From Blepharisma stoltei ATCC 30299 (lineage: Eukaryota > Protista > Ciliophora): a stretch of DNA of 64,000 nt. The translations under genes were made by a program, and so were the position numbers. The DNA lies in assembly GCA_965603825.1 (NCBI GenBank), contig CBFDEM010000011.1, positions 806,001-870,000 of the forward strand. Reading direction: 5' to 3'. This document shows positions 46,190 to 56,765 of this stretch, piece by piece; within the stretch, counting starts at the first letter, position 1; every line of letters begins with the position of its first letter. The notes beneath the pieces were generated by a model. It did not search any database, was not told where the DNA came from, and saw only the letters and a list, made by a program, of their open reading frames with translations.

Positions 46190-46604
46190 CAACTTAAAGT
46201 CACATTTAATAAAAATAAAATAATAAATATAATCGAAGGTTAATTGGTGCAACCAACGATAGAACTCGAAAAATTCTGCTCCTACTCCAAATTAAAGATC
46301 TGAGAAATTCAAGAGTTGGAAGAAAGAAGAATGATGAAGATCCAAATATAGAGAGCCACAAAAAATTATTGTGCTTTTCTACCACATCTGCCAAAGACAT
46401 CAGCATGCTTTGTGAAAATTTTAAAAGTATATTTGAATCCAGTCAGCTATATAATAATCATGGCTGTATTTTAAGAGATTGAATGAATTAAAAAAGCTAA
46501 TCCAGTCTAATAGTTAAATACTAAAGCATTGATGAAAATTTTGTATCGTTCTGATATCAAGTGCCATGTACTTCTAAATAATGAGTACAATATTCGCAGA
46601 TCTG
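46190..46604. repeat. Dispersed ~420-bp repeat, copy 1
   Basis: Same-orientation similarity with small indels to 51230-51659 (e.g. caagagttggaagaa, tattttaagagattgaatgaatta and gatgaaaattttgtatcgtt). Confidence 0.85.
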
Positions 46605-46808
46605 TTTCCAATATCTCATAAATGATTTAGATAATCTTTTTAGAGAGGAGATGAGCTAAACCCTTTTAAGTGTAATTACAATATAATCTAATTGACTATT
46701 ATTTATTATGCCATTATTTTTAATTTCTTGAGCTATTCCTTCATGTAAAAACTAGAAGTTTTGCTGAATCCATTTAAACCTTTTCCTGAAGTTAAATATA
46801 AAGCTTAA

Positions 46809-47978
46809 TTATTTATCAATTTCAGCCAGTGGATCACTTCCTTGTAAGTCTCTAATCAAGCTTTCTGACACAAATGATCTGACAAGAGTAGTATTGGAGG
46901 ACATTGTATCTTGACTCTCATAGCTTATTGATGAATAAGGCAGTACATTTGATTTCCATTCTTCCGGAGGAATTGGAGGAGGTACTCTTTCCACTTCCAC
47001 TTGAAAAGGGAGAATCACAACTCCTTGATTCGCTTCTTTGAATCCATAACACTTAAAACAACGATAATTAGTATGCAATTTCACTCTGACCACATACTGG
47101 CATTTAATCAAATTTGAATTCATCGTATAAGAATTTTCATTTGCCAGCATTTCTGCCACAGGTAATGTAAACTTTTGAATCAGAGTCCCAGACCAAGGCA
47201 AAATTTCAGGATAAAAATTTTTCCTTCACATTCTATGTGATTGGTTTTGTGTTGTCTTCATGCTTTTATTAGCATCTACAGAAATAATTTTTTTTATTTC
47301 AATTTCTACCCTTTTTATTCTCGCTGAAAAATTAGATAAATTTGTCTCTAAATTAACATCGATACTATCGGTATTTCCAAATGTAGCCCTGTCCAATCAT
47401 ATTTTTGCTGTTGAAGCTTCTTTATGAAAGCAGCATAAAATGCTTCCATGACCTAAACTTTCATTTGTAATTTGAGATGGATATAGTTCAGGAGGTAATG
47501 TGATATTACTTGTAAAAACTGATACTATTTGCTTATATTTTATAGGTTTCAGATCTTTAGCATGCAACTGGGCTTTGATTTTATATTCAATTTTTGCGTA
47601 TCCAGAAATAGAAACAAACGAATAAAAGGTTGGCAGAATTGAATCATAGATTTTTAATTGAAATGGGAAAGAATAGTTTCCAGGAAGAACTGTTGAATTT
47701 GATCAAGCTAATAGCATTGCTTTAAGCTCGCAAACCAGCTGCTTGCCTGTGTGTGTTATTTGGTAGGTTATTGTCGATTTTCCAGTGCTTGTAGTGTGCT
47801 GTGTTCTAAAGTTAACAAATTCGCTACCTTTGAAGATGATCAGAAGTTGTGGATCGGAAATTTGTTCTTTCAATGATATATGAATAGTTCCTGACAAAGT
47901 CCCACCTGTATTCACTTTAGTGGATTCTAAAAATATATAAATATCTCCTTTTATCTTGCCTTCTTGGTGATTTCCCAT
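46809..47978 (-). CDS. Arrestin-fold protein H, 389 aa, three TGA=Trp (paralogue of G)
   Basis: Start MGNHQEG at 47978; frame continuous to TAA 46809. Two of its TGA codons align with TGG in G. Confidence 0.85.
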
Positions 47979-48132
47979 AATTAAATTATTAAAAATTTTT
48001 TTAAAAACCATTTTTGTCACGTAGATAGAATTTAGGTTAATAGGGTTAAATTTAACTATTAGATTATGCGAATTCATTAGATCATAAATAATTCTGTAAA
48101 CTTATTGAAAAATAAAATGCAATTATCAACAA

Positions 48133-48203
48133 GCATTAGTAGTTTAGGGGTAGAATGTGACGTTGCCATCGTTACGACCCGGGTTCGAATCCCGGCTGAT
48201 GCA
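48133..48203 (+). tRNA. tRNA-Gly (GCC)
   Basis: Acceptor stem GCATTAG/CTGATGC, anticodon arm TGACG-TTGCCAT-CGTTA, T arm CCGGG-TTCGAAT-CCCGG, followed by a TTTTT Pol III terminator. Confidence 0.96.
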
Positions 48204-48267
48204 TTTTTAATTTTAAATATTTTTTCAAATTTTAATTCTATGCATCATCTTATGCCACTATATATAA

Positions 48268-48615
48268 GAATGGTGAAGGCAGATCGCTCGGGCCTATCGA
48301 TACTACTTATTCAGCGCTAGGCAGCAGCATGGTGTGGTAAATGAATCCGAAATAGGCTTCGTCAACCTTTATGTATAATGGATTAAAGCTTTCTTAATCC
48401 TCAGAGAGATAATCTTGGAATATGGATTTTTAACTTCTGTGAAAGGTATTGCGAACACAACGCTTGAATAAGCCGTTGAATATAAAAAATCTGGGAGTTT
48501 CATCTCACCTGTTTATGAGAACCCTTTCCTATTCTGCTGGAGTCCCTTGAAAATCATTAGCTTCAGGGCTGCAAATTCTCAGTCTTGCTATGCACAACTG
48601 CTATCTTTAACTGAA
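48268..48615. ncRNA. Candidate structured non-coding RNA, family unassigned
   Basis: GC-richer than spacers with no long ORF. Several helices by eye: GGATTAA/TTAATCC 48380-48400, CTTATTCAGCG/CGCTTGAATAAG 48306/48461, GCATGG/CTATGC and CCCTTGAA/TTCAGGG. Confidence 0.35.
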
Positions 48616-48690
48616 TATTTAACATTAAAATTCATTTGATTTTTACTATAAGAAAAACGTAAAACAATTAAAATTTATATCAATTAAATT

Positions 48691-51030
48691 ATGGAATTTG
48701 TCCCAGTTGCAACATTTCATCATCCTGACATTCCTCTTCGGCTCAAAATCCGCCGACAATCAAGCGTATATTATATCTAGCAAATTCGAGTTACAAGTTG
48801 CCTTTATGTATCTACTGAAGAAGCTTTATATGCAGGTCTAAGCAATGGACAAATTTTTGTATGAAGAAAACGCTCAGCTGATAAAGTAATTTATAATCAG
48901 CCTTTAGCTCCTAAAGAATGCGATTTAATCAATATTTCGGACAAAGACAATCATAAAGGCGATGTAACCTGCTTGGTTTATGAAGAAAAGTTATATGAAG
49001 GGATCATTGTTTCTGGCTCCGCAGATAGCAAAATAAAAATCTGGGTCAAAGACCTACAAAATAAAACGAAAAATTACGCCTGCAAACAGACATTGGTGGA
49101 GCATCAAGGAACTATTCTTTCAGTCGCAATTTCTTCGCAGCATGATCTGATAGCAACAAGTTCAACTGATCAAACGATTAAAATATGAAGACAACAGCCT
49201 GGAAGAGAGCTTTTATTATTTCCTTTCTATGTATGTGTCCAAACTTTAACTGACCATATAGCTCCAAAACATTTAGAAATAGGAGCTATGGGTGTATGGG
49301 TTACTTCGATTCTATGAAAAGAAGGAGATGAGCTTCAGTTATTGGCTGGAGACTCTGAAGGAACAATAAATATTTATAAGTAAACTATAGCTAGACCAAG
49401 AGAATTTTCAAGAGATCACATTGAGCTAGGACTAGAAAAAAAAAGTGGAACTGTCCATAGGCTCATTATAAGCAAGCTGATATTAGTCCCACAAGAAAAC
49501 TTTGTATTTTCTATAAGTTTTGACCAATATTTCAAAGGCTTAGATGCCACCAATGGAAGTGAATTTGTTAATGTGAGGAACACAAACCGATGCTATTTCA
49601 CAGCTTTATTATGGGATAATACAGGGCATGAGCTTATAGTAGCTGATGAAATGGGCTATGTAGGGGTTTGAAATGTTTACCATGAAAAGCCAATTTTTTG
49701 GGAAAGAGTTTTTGATGAAGAAAAAAAAATTATTTGACTTGCTCTGAGAGAAAGTAAAAGAGAGCTGATTGTGGCGACAGAAACTGTTATACAGATTTTC
49801 TTTATGAGAAGAGGGCAGAGCTCACATGACATACAAGGCCATGATGGTCCAGTTCTCAAAATTCATGCTCAAGAAGCCCATCAGATCCACAGGCTGCATT
49901 CAAATAATAAGCCCCGGTTTATCACAGCATCAATTGACAATACAATTAAAGTCTGGGATTTCAGCGATTTACAAGTCATTTGTAGCATGACTGCACCTAT
50001 GAGAGCAGAAATCAGCTGCATGTGCTTTTTGTCAATGTCAAGCTTAATTGCAACTGGCCATGAAAATGGGACTTTAATGCTGTGAAATCCAGAAATTAAT
50101 GAAAAAATCAAGCTTAAATGTGACCCTGGATACGGTCATAACAATACAGTGTCAGGTGTGTGCCAAGCTTTATTTAAAGATATTGAATATTTGATTTCTA
50201 TTGGATATGATTCGAGAATCTGTATATGAGAAATCACTGAAAGGACTTCAGCATTACGACAAGCTGCTGATGGTTCTGCAGGGATCACAGTGTTTCCATC
50301 ACTAAGAAATTCTTTTCTAACTACTCAACATAAAAGATTTACGAGGAGTGAGACAGGTGACGAATTATTGTGTGTCACATATGATTCTATTAGAGGGAAA
50401 ATAGTTGTTGGCGGGAACAGCACAGAAATTCAGCTTTGAGACATGCAATCTCTAGATTATACTGGATTTTTGCAAGGTCATATTGATTCTGTGATTTCAT
50501 TGTGTATTGAGCAAAACTTTTTATTTTCTGGTTCTGATGATAGATCAATTAGGATTTGGGATCTGGAAAACATTCAGCCTTTGTATGTTTTGCATGGCCA
50601 TACAATGCCTGTTCATGATTTATTAATTATTCCTGAATCAGGGCATTTAATCAGCTGCTCGCATGATGGTAAAATTTTAATCTGGAGTACTGAAACCCAT
50701 GAAATTGTGAAAACAGTTGAAAGAGCTGATCATTTGAATTGTTTAGCTTTTCTGAGCATTCAAAATATATTGATGGTAGGAACTGAAGAGTCCACTATAA
50801 TTACAGTTCCGATTGAGCCCATATATGGAAACCCATATGGTCTTGATCATACTGTAAATAAAGCACAAGTTCACATGGAAAAGAAAATCAGGATGAAGAG
50901 AGGAGAAAACGTTGAGTTCAGCGACGATACTCGGTCAATCGCAAGTGAAGATATATTAGAAGAATATCCGGATCCTGCAGAAGAGCACTTAAAAGAAATG
51001 TTTATTAAATCTAAAAGCAAAGAACAATAA
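48691..51030 (+). CDS. Large WD40-repeat protein; eight TGA=Trp, 2-3 15-nt introns
   Basis: One frame from ATG 48691 to TAA 51028. Many GH..WD repeats with TGA at the W (TIKI-W, LML-W-N, ICI-W-E, IQL-W-D). TAG/TAA removed by introns 48766-48780 and 49380-49394. Confidence 0.9.
48766..48780 (+). other. 15-nt intron GTATATTATATCTAG
   Basis: GT..AG, A10, in-frame TAG. Confidence 0.85.
48886..48900 (+). other. Candidate stop-free 15-nt intron GTAATTTATAATCAG
   Basis: Fits the consensus (GTA, A10, CAG) but is open in frame. Confidence 0.5.
49380..49394 (+). other. 15-nt intron GTAAACTATAGCTAG
   Basis: GT..AG, A10, in-frame TAA. Confidence 0.88.
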
Positions 51031-51229
51031 ATTCGTTTTTAATTAAAAGCCTAGCAATAAGTATGCATAGCTTCAAATTCTAAATTTTAAAAATCCAAGC
51101 TTTAATCAAATAAGTCGTTTTGTATTAAAAGAAATGTTTATTTAAAAAGAGCAATAATTTTGTATTTAATTAAAAGCCTAACAATAGGTATGCATATTGT
51201 ATTAAAGCTCATAAACTTATACTTCAATT

Positions 51230-51659
51230 AACTTAAAGTGCACAGTTAAAAAAAATAAAATAATAAATGTAATAAAGATTGGCACAACCAAGCATAGAAC
51301 TCCGAAAAATTCTGCTCCTCAACTCCAAATTGTAGATCTGGGAAATCCAAGAGTTGGAAGAAGAAGAATGATGACGATCCATATATAAGGAGCCACAAAA
51401 AATTCATGTTTTAATTGAAGTTTATGATTTTTATTATATTCTATTAAAAACATCAGCATACTTTATGAAAATTTTGAAAAGTATATTGGAATCAAATCGG
51501 CTCTATAATAGTCATGGCTATATTTTAAGAGATTGAATGAATTAGCAAAGCTAATCCAATATTAAAGGAAAATATATAAAGCAATGATGAAAATTTTGTA
51601 TCGTTTTGATATCAAATGCCATGAACTTCCAAATAATGAGTGCAATAGTCGCAGATCTG
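51230..51659. repeat. Dispersed ~420-bp repeat, copy 2
   Basis: See copy 1 at 46190-46604. Both copies end at cgcagatctg. Confidence 0.85.
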
Positions 51660-51919
51660 ATATTATTAATATATGAAAATTTTGTGATAAAAACCTTACA
51701 AATAAGCCAGAATTTGTTATTACTAGAAGGAGTAAGAAAGCTATTAGCTTAGGAATTCTTAAACTTTCACAAGATAAAATTTGGATTAGGCCTAATTAGA
51801 AGCTCCCCCAATCATATTTCAATAATTAATATCAAAATTCATGATTGGAAATTGCATTGCTTAAAATAAGATATGATCGTTTGCATTTTAATAGCTTTTC
51901 CCGCGTTAACTTTATATAA

Positions 51920-52348
51920 ATGGAAAGTGAGATTGATAGAGTGTTCAACTACTTTGATAAAGACTCAAGTGGATATATTGATTTATCAGAACTTGGAAAT
52001 GCGCTCAGATGCTTAGGTTTAACCCCTTCTAATGCCCAAGTCGAAGAATTGATGAAAAAAGCTGATGTGAATGCTGACAGTAAACTTGGAAAATGCGAGT
52101 TTACTTATATGTATAAGGAAATCAGTGTCGATAAAAAAGTGACAATTGAGGATCTGATAAAAGAATTCAAGGTGTTTGACAAAGATAATAGTGGATATAT
52201 AAGCGTTCAAGAACTAGATGAAATTCTTTGCTCGCAAGGAGAACCAATGTCGAGAGATGAAGTTAGAGAACTTCTAAAAGATTTTGACCAAGATAAGAAT
52301 GGAAGGGTATCGATCGTAGAATTAGCAACAGGACTTTTATCAAAGTAA
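51920..52348 (+). CDS. Calmodulin-like four-EF-hand protein
   Basis: DKDSSGYIDLSE, DVNADSKLGKCE, DKDNSGYISVQE and DQDKNGRVSIVE. Confidence 0.92.
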   Translation: MESEIDRVFNYFDKDSSGYIDLSELGNALRCLGLTPSNAQVEELMKKADVNADSKLGKCEFTYMYKEISVDKKVTIEDLIKEFKVFDKDNSGYISVQELDEILCSQGEPMSRDEVRELLKDFDQDKNGRVSIVELATGLLSK

Positions 52349-52692
52349 TAAAGATAATTATTTTCTAAGATAAGCAAAGATTGCATAACTTTTCTTTTAA
52401 AAGGATTTAATTTATTTTTATACCATGCATTCAAAATTAATTTTAAAATTCGATTCAACAGTAAGCTTAATTTAAAGTGCAAGATCAAATATCAACACTT
52501 GAAATGCAAATAATTAATTATTTTCATTTGAATACTTAAAAGCGGTATTCGCTTTAATAAGCCATTTTCATTACTTTGGCTCTTTTTCATCAATTATACT
52601 GCATAACAGCAAGGCAAACTCTATCATCTTCTTAGTAACCCTCTCTCTACATTTTAATCATCAAAATAATTTCAATACTTTTATATTCAAAT

Positions 52693-53334
52693 ATGTCTGA
52701 ACGACTACAAGCTACTGATGAGATGTGTGCTGTTTGCTTTGATATGCTAATAGCTTCTCTAAGAAATGAGCCGACTGATTCTATTATTGACAGATTTTTA
52801 ACAGCAGAGACTCAAGCCAATATCCCTTGCCCAGTATTTGTTACATGGAAAATAGGTCGTGATAAAGACCTACGAGGCTGCATAGGCACATTTGATAAAA
52901 CAACAAGGATTGGAGAAATTGTGCCTAGATATGCACTTGTGTCAGCACTCAGTGACTCTCGTTTCGACCCAATATCCTTAAGAGAAGTTGAGCATTTGAG
53001 TGTCTCAGTTAGTTTGCTCACGAATTTCACTCCAATTGAGCATCCTTTAGACTGGGAAGTTGGGACTCATGGGATTCAAATAGATTTCAGAGTCAAAGGA
53101 AATAGATATTCAGGAACTTTTCTCCCTGAAGTTTCTAAAGAGCAAGGATGGGACCAAGCTACAACTCTGGTTCAGCTGTTCAGAAAAGCTGGCTATAAAC
53201 CGCCAAATTCTAATAGAAATCCTGCAGAAATTGTGCAAGAGATGGCCCCTTCATTGAGTGTGATAACTTATCAGAGCTCGAAAAAGTCAATGACATATGC
53301 AAGATATCAGGCTTATAGGGGAATCGCTAATTAA
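52693..53334 (+). CDS. AMMECR1: AMMECR1 family protein
   Basis: P.FVTW, LRGCIGTF, D.RF.PI, W.VG.HGI, TFLPEV..EQGW and RKAGY. Confidence 0.93.
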   Translation: MSERLQATDEMCAVCFDMLIASLRNEPTDSIIDRFLTAETQANIPCPVFVTWKIGRDKDLRGCIGTFDKTTRIGEIVPRYALVSALSDSRFDPISLREVEHLSVSVSLLTNFTPIEHPLDWEVGTHGIQIDFRVKGNRYSGTFLPEVSKEQGWDQATTLVQLFRKAGYKPPNSNRNPAEIVQEMAPSLSVITYQSSKKSMTYARYQAYRGIAN

Positions 53335-53597
53335 AAGTAATTGATTGCTTTATTCCAAATTTGAAGAAATATTGTCAATAATTCTTTATACTTTTATTCT
53401 AAATTTTCTTAAATATTAATAGCATTAAATCGTCCTAGGCTAATTTAAAGATAAAAAATTTCATAGAAATTTACATGATTTACATCACTAAAATAATAAA
53501 ATTTTTATTATCTTCTTAATATTTTTAATATTTGTCAATTTCAATAAAATATTTCTAAGTTATTCATGCCATTTGAATGATTGTTATAAAAATAAAG

Positions 53598-54284
53598 ATG
53601 TCATACAGGTTCGGTTGTCTAAGAGAACGATCGCGCTCTCCCATTAGAAGAAATCAAACTGGTGCAAACAGTTTTCCAACAACATTTTCCCCACACAAAT
53701 TCCATAATGACTTCTCAGCTTCTGATTCAGCTCGAGAAATCAGCTTGCCTCACCCACATGATTTACCATTAGAAATTCCACAAACATTAACCTTCGAACT
53801 GAGGAATCCTCAAGAGGTTGATTACCTAGCCACAAAGCTATCAGAAGAAGAATGGAAAAAACCCATGAACTGTCCTTCTCCTTCCCAGTCGACAGATTGT
53901 GATGATAACTTAATATGGTCTGGCTTCCTGTCCCGTTCTAAGAGGCATAAAGTAGGTGTAGATATTTACTTAATAAAAGGACACTTTGAGCTTCCTTCTT
54001 CGGTATATCACTTAGATATTCCATTTAGATCTCCATTCCCAGTATCTCACAGACCTCTTGCATTGCTAAAACTTGAATCTTCTAATAATACACAAGACGA
54101 TTTATTTAAAACTTGCATTGAATATTTTTCTAATAAACATCGTGCTGGTTATATACCATTAGGAAAACAAGGAATTTATGTTATTCCTTATGGTAATTTT
54201 GCTAAATCTTTATGTTCTGATATCGGACACAATCAGATGCTTGGATTCGTCGTTGATGCATCTGTCATCGAAGATGTAGAGTAA
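53598..54284 (+). CDS. Stand-alone SPOC-domain protein (alternative start 53577)
   Basis: IWSGFL, F..CIEYFSNKHRAGYI and IYVIP..F match the SPOC pattern. Confidence 0.7.
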   Translation: MSYRFGCLRERSRSPIRRNQTGANSFPTTFSPHKFHNDFSASDSAREISLPHPHDLPLEIPQTLTFELRNPQEVDYLATKLSEEEWKKPMNCPSPSQSTDCDDNLIWSGFLSRSKRHKVGVDIYLIKGHFELPSSVYHLDIPFRSPFPVSHRPLALLKLESSNNTQDDLFKTCIEYFSNKHRAGYIPLGKQGIYVIPYGNFAKSLCSDIGHNQMLGFVVDASVIEDVE

Positions 54285-54509
54285 AGAAGGGTTTGTAAAC
54301 TGCTATAATTAATTCACGTTTTAAATAAAAATTGAGTTTAATATATCTAAATCTTGCTTAATTTAATAGTCTTAAGTCTATATTCTTTATTTATTTATCT
54401 TATCATTGCTTCTAAGGCATTTATTATTATCGTCACTGATCAGCATCAACTGCCTGCAACTCTATTTTCTTTCTGGAAAATATCAGGTTGTGAGCTGAAC
54501 ACAATTGAA

Positions 54510-55175
54510 ATGATAATGAATAATGAATTATCTGAGATAGAAACTATATTGGCTGATCATAAATGAAAAAAGCCGCCAAAGCCTCCAACAGCAATTCCAA
54601 AAGCAATTAATCTGCCTTTGCATAAGAGATCTGCTACACATACAGAAAATCCTTCGCAACAAGGTTCGCAGACCTTGAGAAACTTTTTTGTCACCCCAAA
54701 GAAAGAAAACCCAGAGTCTTTTACGTCGAGAACCGCTGGAAATAGTCCAAGTTTTACAAGTCCAGTTTCATCAAATGCTTCTTCTTCAGAAAGATCTCCA
54801 GTTCTATCACCCAGATCACAAAGGCAATTGCAATTAAAAAGGCTGGCTGTTCCTTATAAAGTTTTATCAGAATCTCTCAAAAAATTGGCAAGGGAGCGAT
54901 CAAATTCAGATGATTTTAGAGTGCCTGTATTTCCAAAAGCACCTTTTGGCGAGCATAGAGCAAGACTAGACCCTGAATTTGTTAATGTACCAAGCCAGAT
55001 GGCAGGGTCCTTCGATGGAGAATATGAGGTAAATAAAATTAAAAAGCTGCATGGAAGGTTAGAATTTACAACTTCAAGATCACATAATTCGCCAAACTTT
55101 AGTCCAGATAGGTTGCCATCAATTAAAATTAGAAGAGGATCTGAATGTGTTAAGTATAATAACTCCATTTATTAG
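54510..55175 (+). CDS. Hypothetical Ser/Pro-rich protein, one TGA=Trp
   Basis: ATG 54510 is in frame with ORF 54618-55175 through TGA 54564; TAG stop. Confidence 0.7.
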
Positions 55176-55706
55176 CTTATTTTGTGACGCTTCAAAAAAT
55201 TTATAAAGATTTAAGTTTGTTGGCTTTGCATTATAGTTGCCAAGAATGTGAGTTAGAAATAATTAATAAGAATGCAAAATAATCTTATTTCTTAAAAAAG
55301 TTCAACAACCACTTTATGGTGCTAATTGGCAAAAAATAACATCATATAATGCTACGCTTAAAGAAGGGTCCTAATTTATTATTTTTATCTAAAAGCTTAC
55401 CTTATAGAGACATGAATTTCAATAAAAAACATGTTCATTTTTCATATTAAAATAATTATAAATTATATATTCTAAATATCATTAGAATATTGCGGGATCA
55501 GCAAATAAATTTTAAATATTTACAAAATTTTGCATAAATATTTTCATTTATCGTTTCTTTCTTTTTATCCAAAAAATCAGTAATTTCTAAAATGGCTGTA
55601 CTTCATAAGACTCCATCAATTTTCCACTAAAAATCTTCAGTTTTCTTCCTTTACTTTTTCATTTTATAATTCAAAGAGAACAAATTTATTATCTCTAATA
55701 ATAAAT

Positions 55707-56765
55707 ATGCACGCCCGTGATATTGGCTTATACGCAATTTTGGTTTTTGCAATGGGCGCTCTAAGCTCAGCGGCTGCAGCTTTTGAACAAATCACATCAG
55801 TTAGCCCATTTATGAAAGCATGTTGGAGACTTGAAGTTACTGCGATTCTCCAAATAGTGCCCATGGTATATGAAATTCGTAAAGATTTAGCTGCAGTAAA
55901 AACCATGATAGTAGACTGCTGGCATTATTTATTAGTTTCTGGCCTTTGTTTAGGCCTTACTTTTAGTTTATGGTGTTGGAGTTTGGATTTAACCTCCATA
56001 GCCCACTCTCTTTTATTTTCCTGTTCTGCCCCATTAGTCGTTGTAGTAGCTTACTTTGTATTGTGTAAAAAAGTTGCACCTTTAGAAATTGTGGGAGTTG
56101 TCATTGGATTTGTAGGTCTTACTGTGGTTATTTTTGGAAATTCTGAAAGCGAAGGATCAACTTGGTATGGAGATGTCATAGCTTTTATGACTGCAATCAC
56201 ACTGGCAGTCTATATGCTAATAGGAAAGAAACTTATGGAAAAATCAGTTCCAATGTGGACTTATTTGACCATTGCCAATATTGAAGCTGCTATTTGGGCA
56301 TACATTTTTGCGGTAGCAGTGCAAGGAGATGATCCTATTGAAGGGATACAATGGATTTACACAAGTGACTGGCTTATTGTGATATATTTAGGGCTTGTAC
56401 CAGGAGCACTTGGGCATGGAGCTATAAACTGGTTGCTGAAATTCATGTCGTGTTTGGTAATTTCAGTATTTATTAACTTTGAGCCAGTTATAGGATCTTT
56501 TATTGGTTGGGTTGTTGGAATTCAGCCACCTCCAGCAATATACACTTATATTGGAGGAGCTATTGTAATGGCTGGAAATCTTACTGTTACTTATGCAGGA
56601 TCCAAGGTGAAAGTAGAAGGAGACACTGAAGAAAAGTTTTATTTGGATGAAGAAAAGAGAAAAACTGAAGAAATGAGAGAAAGCTTGCTTGATGATGATA
56701 ATAATGACGAAGGCGAGAAATTCGAAAGAAGAATTTCAAGGAAACATTCTTTCGCTTTGGCATAG
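55707..56765 (+). CDS. EamA/DMT superfamily transporter
   Basis: About ten hydrophobic helices in two repeats; WRL, GD..A, EPVIG motifs. Confidence 0.9.
   Translation: MHARDIGLYAILVFAMGALSSAAAAFEQITSVSPFMKACWRLEVTAILQIVPMVYEIRKDLAAVKTMIVDCWHYLLVSGLCLGLTFSLWCWSLDLTSIAHSLLFSCSAPLVVVVAYFVLCKKVAPLEIVGVVIGFVGLTVVIFGNSESEGSTWYGDVIAFMTAITLAVYMLIGKKLMEKSVPMWTYLTIANIEAAIWAYIFAVAVQGDDPIEGIQWIYTSDWLIVIYLGLVPGALGHGAINWLLKFMSCLVISVFINFEPVIGSFIGWVVGIQPPPAIYTYIGGAIVMAGNLTVTYAGSKVKVEGDTEEKFYLDEEKRKTEEMRESLLDDDNNDEGEKFERRISRKHSFALA

Noticed and set aside
48105-48320. 71-aa ORF overlapping the tRNA
   Set aside because: Spurious TTG-started frame across tRNA-Gly and its terminator.
48280-48330. Assignment of the post-tRNA segment to U2, U3, U4, U17, RNase P or telomerase RNA
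   Set aside because: Only short partial motif resemblances; no full set of conserved boxes or telomeric template found by eye.
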